From Planctomycetota bacterium (GTDB lineage: Bacteria; Planctomycetota; B15-G4; JADJEK01), in assembly GCA_044225365.1 (NCBI GenBank), contig JBGAIQ010000002.1, positions 1 through 64,000 on the forward strand: DNA of 64,000 bases, written 5' to 3'. Under the pieces are notes generated by a model. That model had not been told where the DNA came from and did no database searches. It saw nothing but the letters and a program-made list of their open reading frames with translations. Within the stretch, counting starts at the first letter, position 1. Every line of letters begins with the position of its first letter. Positions 59,396 through 64,000 of this stretch are shown in pieces. Both the position numbers and the translations under genes were made by a program.

Positions 59396-61239
59396 CACGA
59401 CGGATCCCGCTCGAGGACTTCTTTCGCAAGCCGGAGCGTGCGCAGCTTCGACTCTCACCGACGGGGCGCTACCTCGCTTGGCTCGCGCCTCTCTCGACGG
59501 TGCGGCGTCAGAACGTGCACGTTCGCGATCTGACGACGGGCGAGGAGCGCGCGATCACCAACGCGACCGAACGCGACATCGCGGGATTCTGTTTCGTCTC
59601 CGACCGCCGCGTGCTCTTCGTCCAGGACACGGCGGGCGACGAGAACTACCGACTCCATGCCGTCGATGTCGACGGCGCGGATCCGCGTGAACTGACGCCG
59701 TTCCCCAACGTGCAGTGCTCGATCGTCGACGATCTCGAGGACATCGACGACGTCGTCCTCTTCCAGATGAACAAGCGCGACCCCGAGGTCTTCGACGTCT
59801 TTCGACTCGACACGCGAACGGGCGAGATGGAGGAGATCGCGCAGAATCCGGGCAACGTGCAGGCCTGGCTCACGGATCACGAAGGCCGGCTGCGCGTCGC
59901 GACGACAACCGACGGGATCAACACGAGCATCCTCTACCGTGCGACCGAAGCGACGGAATGGCAGGTCGTCGCGACCTACGACTTCAAGGAGTCGGCGACG
60001 CCGCTTGTCTTCACGTTCGACGATCGGCGGCTCTACGTGTCGTCGAACGTCTCGCGCGACAAGGCCGCGATCTTCGAATACGACCCGAGCACGGGCCGCC
60101 ACGAGAAGTTGATCTTCGAGCACCCCGAAGTCGACGTCGCGAACCTCCTCTACTCGAGGAAGCGCAAGGTCGTGACAGGCGTCTCCTTCGAGACCGATCG
60201 ACTGCACTACCACTTCTTCGACGAGCGGCGCGCGAGGATCCAGGCGTTGCTCGACGCCCGACTCCCGGGTCGCGACAACCGCATCACTTCGCACTCGCGG
60301 GACGAGGCGTTCTACGTCGTCTACTCCGGCAGCGACCGCGATCTCGGCACGTACTACGTGCTCGACGTGATGAAGAGCGAGATCACGAAGGTGTTCGACC
60401 TCGCGCCGTGGCTCGATCCCAAGGAACTCGCGCCGATGCGTCCCGTGAAGTACCGCACTCGCGATGGCTTCACGATCTCCGCCTATCTGACGCTGCCGCT
60501 CGATTCGAAACCGGGAGCCTCGAAGTTGCCGGTGGTCGTCAACCCGCACGGCGGGCCGTGGACGCGGGACACGTTCGGATTCCATCCCGAGGCGCAGTTC
60601 CTCGCGAATCGTGGCTTTGCGGTGCTGCAGATGAACTATCGCGGATCCGCGGGCTACGGACGGCGCTTCCTCGAAGCCGGGTTCAAGCAGTGGGGCCGCG
60701 CGATGCAGGACGACATCAGCGACGGCGTGAAATGGCTGATCGCGGAAGGCATCGCCGACCCCGAGCGCGTCGCGATCTACGGCGGGAGCTACGGCGGCTA
60801 CGCGACGCTCGCCGGCATGACGCTCACGCCCGAGCTGTATGCGTGCGGCGTCTCGTACGTCGGGATCTCGAATCTCTTCACCTGGATCGAGTCGTTCCCG
60901 CCGTATTGGAAGCCCTACCTCGAGATGATGCATGAGATGGTGGGGCATCCGGAGAAGGACAAGGCGCAGTACGAGGCGACCTCGCCGCTCTTCCACGTCG
61001 ATCGCATCAAGGCCCCGCTGTTCATCGCACACGGCAAGAACGACCCGCGCGTGAAGCAGGCGGAGTCGGATCAGATCGTCGCCGCTCTGACTTCGCGCGG
61101 CATCGCCGTCGAGTATCTCTTGAAGGAGAACGAAGGGCACGGCTTCCACAACGAGGAGAACCAGTTCGACTTCTATCGGCGGATGGAGGCGTTCCTCGAG
61201 CGGCACCTCCTCGGCCCTCGGACGGGGACGCGTTCATGA
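59392..61239 (+). CDS. S9 family peptidase (prolyl oligopeptidase/acylaminoacyl peptidase)
   Basis: HGGPW, NYRGS.GYG, GGSYGG, NDPRV, EGHG catalytic triad motifs. Confidence 0.95.
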   Translation: MTRRIPLEDFFRKPERAQLRLSPTGRYLAWLAPLSTVRRQNVHVRDLTTGEERAITNATERDIAGFCFVSDRRVLFVQDTAGDENYRLHAVDVDGADPRELTPFPNVQCSIVDDLEDIDDVVLFQMNKRDPEVFDVFRLDTRTGEMEEIAQNPGNVQAWLTDHEGRLRVATTTDGINTSILYRATEATEWQVVATYDFKESATPLVFTFDDRRLYVSSNVSRDKAAIFEYDPSTGRHEKLIFEHPEVDVANLLYSRKRKVVTGVSFETDRLHYHFFDERRARIQALLDARLPGRDNRITSHSRDEAFYVVYSGSDRDLGTYYVLDVMKSEITKVFDLAPWLDPKELAPMRPVKYRTRDGFTISAYLTLPLDSKPGASKLPVVVNPHGGPWTRDTFGFHPEAQFLANRGFAVLQMNYRGSAGYGRRFLEAGFKQWGRAMQDDISDGVKWLIAEGIADPERVAIYGGSYGGYATLAGMTLTPELYACGVSYVGISNLFTWIESFPPYWKPYLEMMHEMVGHPEKDKAQYEATSPLFHVDRIKAPLFIAHGKNDPRVKQAESDQIVAALTSRGIAVEYLLKENEGHGFHNEENQFDFYRRMEAFLERHLLGPRTGTRS

Positions 61240-62891
61240 GGAATCGCGCGGTCCGGCTCGCGATCTTCCTGATCGCGCTCTACGGGCTCGCGTTCGCGGT
61301 GCGCGTGTACGCGACGCAGACGAGGGTGAGTGCGGGGCACGGCGACGTCGCGGGGTACTACCACGTGGCGACGAACCTCGCGACGGGGCGCGGATTCGTG
61401 CAGGACTTCGTCGCCGAGTATCTGCAAGACCCGCGCGCGATCCCCACGCCGTCGAACACCTGGTGGCTGCCGCTGCCTTCGATCATCGCTGCGATCGGGA
61501 TGAAGGTCGCGGGCGCGACGGACTACGTGACGGCGAAGTACGCGATGATCGCGGTGTCGTCGCTCATTCCGCTGCTCGTCTTTTTTGCCGGCTGGTTCCT
61601 ATTGCGCTCGCTCGCCGGGGGCATCGGGAGCGCGTTGCTCGCCGTCGGTTTCCATCTCTACCTCGACCAGCCGTGCGCGACGCTCTCGCAGGGCCCGTAC
61701 GGGCTCTTCGCCGGCGCGGGCCTGATCGTCGTGATGGCCTGGCGCGAGCATCGAAGGCTCCTGCCGTGGTTCGGGCTCTGCTTCGGCCTCACGTATCTGT
61801 GCCGCGGCGACGGTCAGGCGCTCGTCGTGGGTCTCGTCTTCACGCTGATCGCGGAGTGGCGAAAGCGGCGAACGAGCGGAACTCCGGGGGCGATTCCGTG
61901 GCGTCCTCTCGTCATTGCATCTGGACTCTTCGTGCTGATCGCCTCGCCGTGGTGGGTGCGCAACCTGCGAGTGCTCGGGGAACCGATGCCCTCGGGGATG
62001 TCGAAGATCACGTGGGCGCGGAGCTTCGAGGACTGGTTCGTGTCGGATACCTCGCAGCTCGATGCGGCGCACTATCGAGAGTGGGGCGCCTCGAACATCC
62101 TGGCGCAGAAATGGGTGGGCGTGCGCGACGCGCTCGTCTACACCCCGTTCGTGTTCTTCCGATCGGTGACGCGCGAGCAAGGGCCGGAGGAGGGCAAGCC
62201 GGAGTACGAGCTCGCTTTGCTCTGCAAATGGATCCTCACTCCGCTCTGTCTGCTCGGGCTCATCGCTCTCGGATTCCAGCGCAGAGCCGCGCTCGGATCG
62301 CTCGTTCTCCATCTGCTCGTGCTCGCCGCCGTGTACGGGATCGTGTTCCCGGCGATCGGTCGCGAGAGTTTTCGCAGCAGTCTGTTCTCCGTGTTCCCAG
62401 TCCTCCTCGTCGCGGTCGTCGGCGGACTCGGAGCGCTGCTGACGCCGCTGCGGCAACGATCCCCGCGCGCCGCGGCGATCACGCTCGTCGTCGTCTCGGC
62501 CGCGCTCTCGATCGGCAATGTCGTCACCGCGATGCCGTACCTGCGCGCCAAGTATGCGAGTGTCGAGTCCACGCTCGCGCCATATCGCGATTTCGGTCGC
62601 TGGGCGACGGAGCAGCGCATCACGGGCGAGACGTTCATGGTCCGCAATCCGTGGGAGTTCACCGTCGAGACGGGGATGAAGTCGGCGATCCTGCCGAACG
62701 ACGGCGTGAAGGGAATCCTCGAGCGAGCAAAGCTCTACGGAGCGAAGTACATCGTCGACGAGAATCCGGGCGGGATGTCGATCTTCGACTGGCGCCCGGT
62801 CCTCCATGGCCTCGTGAGCAACGGAACGCTGACGCCCGTGTTCCCGCGGAGGCCGCCCCCGAACGGTTGGAAGATCTACGAGATCCACTGA
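61236..62891 (+). CDS. Polytopic membrane protein, GT-C (ArnT/PMT-like) glycosyltransferase-like
   Basis: First TM followed by GD...YY..A.NL..G.G; W.PLP; YLCR.DG; PWWVRN; about 10 or more TM helices; ATGA overlap with the peptidase gene. Confidence 0.65.
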   Translation: MRNRAVRLAIFLIALYGLAFAVRVYATQTRVSAGHGDVAGYYHVATNLATGRGFVQDFVAEYLQDPRAIPTPSNTWWLPLPSIIAAIGMKVAGATDYVTAKYAMIAVSSLIPLLVFFAGWFLLRSLAGGIGSALLAVGFHLYLDQPCATLSQGPYGLFAGAGLIVVMAWREHRRLLPWFGLCFGLTYLCRGDGQALVVGLVFTLIAEWRKRRTSGTPGAIPWRPLVIASGLFVLIASPWWVRNLRVLGEPMPSGMSKITWARSFEDWFVSDTSQLDAAHYREWGASNILAQKWVGVRDALVYTPFVFFRSVTREQGPEEGKPEYELALLCKWILTPLCLLGLIALGFQRRAALGSLVLHLLVLAAVYGIVFPAIGRESFRSSLFSVFPVLLVAVVGGLGALLTPLRQRSPRAAAITLVVVSAALSIGNVVTAMPYLRAKYASVESTLAPYRDFGRWATEQRITGETFMVRNPWEFTVETGMKSAILPNDGVKGILERAKLYGAKYIVDENPGGMSIFDWRPVLHGLVSNGTLTPVFPRRPPPNGWKIYEIH

Positions 62892-62910
62892 GCGCGGATC
62901 GTCGCGAACT

Positions 62911-64000
62911 TCACTTGGCTCGGCGATCGAGGATCGCCTTGGTCTTTTCCGACATCGGCGGCGCCTTCTCGGCCTTCTGGGGCTTCGGCCCTTTGCGTCG
63001 CCGCTCGAAGAGATCCTGCAGCAGTCCGTTGTTGCCCTCGATCACGTTCTTGAACTTCGGGCTCGTCGCGAGATTCGGGTCCTTGCCCTTCGAGGGCCGT
63101 TCGAAGAGGTAGATCGAGTTCGGTTGCCCGCCATACAGGAGTTCGTATTGCGGGACGCGTAGGCAGAACGTCGGTTCGCGGCTGCCGGGTGAATAGCGTT
63201 CGAGCACGGCGCGATCGTTGAAGTAGTACCCGTTGAGCAGCGGCGCATTCCCGCCGGGGCCCGTCATCAGCGAGCGACCGCTGAACGGCAGATCGCCCTT
63301 CATCGCGAAGAGATCGAGGATCGTGGGCGCGAGATCGAGCAGCGAGCATGGCCCGGTGCGGGTCACGTTCGTGGGATTGCGCTTCGGGATCTTGAAGAGC
63401 AGCGGAACCTGTAGATCGCCGCCGACTTCGTCGTACGTGCCGGCCGCGATGATCAGCGTCCCTTCGTACCACCGCGCCTTGGTCAGAGCGGCCTCTAGTT
63501 CGGCGACGAGGTGTTCGAGGACCTTCGAGGCGTCGGCATCGCGTCCGTCCGCGATCGCGGGATCCGGCGTGCAGTGGATCCACAGGAAGAACGGCGTGCG
63601 GCCCACGGTCGCGAGCCATGCGGAAACCGAGCTCGCGAGCTCGACCGATCCTGCGTTCAAATCCTCGTGAGTCGTCGTGAACCCCGAGGAGAGACCGGTG
63701 AGCGAGAGCAGGGGCGCATTGGTGAACGCGGCCGTCGCGAACTTTCGGGCGGTGAAGGCCTTTGCGAGGGTGAACGTGCTTCCCGAGAGTCGATCGCTCC
63801 AGTCGAGCACGCCGAGAGTCGAGGGCAATGTGCCGGTCATGATCGCAGCGGCGGAGCGGGGCTCACCGTCGCTCGGCGCCATGGCGAGGTTCACCGTGAT
63901 CCCGAGGCGCGCCATCTCGTCGAGACCGGGCTGCGCCGGAAGCGCGGCGTCGTAGGGATGGAGCGATCGCGGAGCGATCCGATCGACCGTCACGATCGCG
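62911..64000 (-). CDS. Degenerate sulfatase-like (alkaline phosphatase superfamily) protein, 5'-truncated by window edge
   Basis: IVTVD, TLA..F....ATAAFT, PFFLWIH..DP, VPLLFK, DLAPTILDL, GRSL; lacks the C/S/T-x-P-x-R/H nucleophile motif and DHG. Confidence 0.7.
   Translation of the reverse strand, partial: AIVTVDRIAPRSLHPYDAALPAQPGLDEMARLGITVNLAMAPSDGEPRSAAAIMTGTLPSTLGVLDWSDRLSGSTFTLAKAFTARKFATAAFTNAPLLSLTGLSSGFTTTHEDLNAGSVELASSVSAWLATVGRTPFFLWIHCTPDPAIADGRDADASKVLEHLVAELEAALTKARWYEGTLIIAAGTYDEVGGDLQVPLLFKIPKRNPTNVTRTGPCSLLDLAPTILDLFAMKGDLPFSGRSLMTGPGGNAPLLNGYYFNDRAVLERYSPGSREPTFCLRVPQYELLYGGQPNSIYLFERPSKGKDPNLATSPKFKNVIEGNNGLLQDLFERRRKGPKPQKAEKAPPMSEKTKAILDRRAK

Overview
High-GC bacterial chromosomal window. 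By inference it comes from a Planctomycetota lineage, given the many secreted FG-GAP, HAF and NHL proteins that share one C-terminal domain; taxonomy cannot be confirmed without a search. The first ~0.76 kb looks like the right end (attR) of an element integrated in tRNA-Pro(GGG). It is followed by a decayed DUF433/DUF5615 toxin-antitoxin pair, katG, a Tat sulfatase, a serine hydrolase, mddA, SDR and MFS genes, several large secreted repeat proteins, a DODA-type dioxygenase, a large HEXXH protein, a B12-binding protein, pirin and AraC genes. The centre holds an ArgR-regulated operon argR-argG-X-argC-argD-argF'-argB-argE-argH with no argA or argJ; X is a DUF1611/DgcN-like P-loop protein. Further on are two tandem FG-GAP paralogues, lon, a decayed Rpn gene, msrAB, a ROK kinase, an orphan DNA methyltransferase, HtrA, a TIGR00300 protein, an S9 peptidase, a GT-C-like membrane protein and a degenerate sulfatase cut off by the window edge. 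Top leads: (1) gene X as a non-orthologous N-acylglutamate synthase, in a pathway whose transcarbamylase looks succinyl-specific; (2) a conserved ~100-130 aa C-terminal domain on eight unrelated secreted proteins, a candidate sorting or anchoring signal; (3) a MITE, mlaE fragment and duplicated gene 3' end at 28-29 kb. All calls come from motif recognition by eye; no database searches were run.
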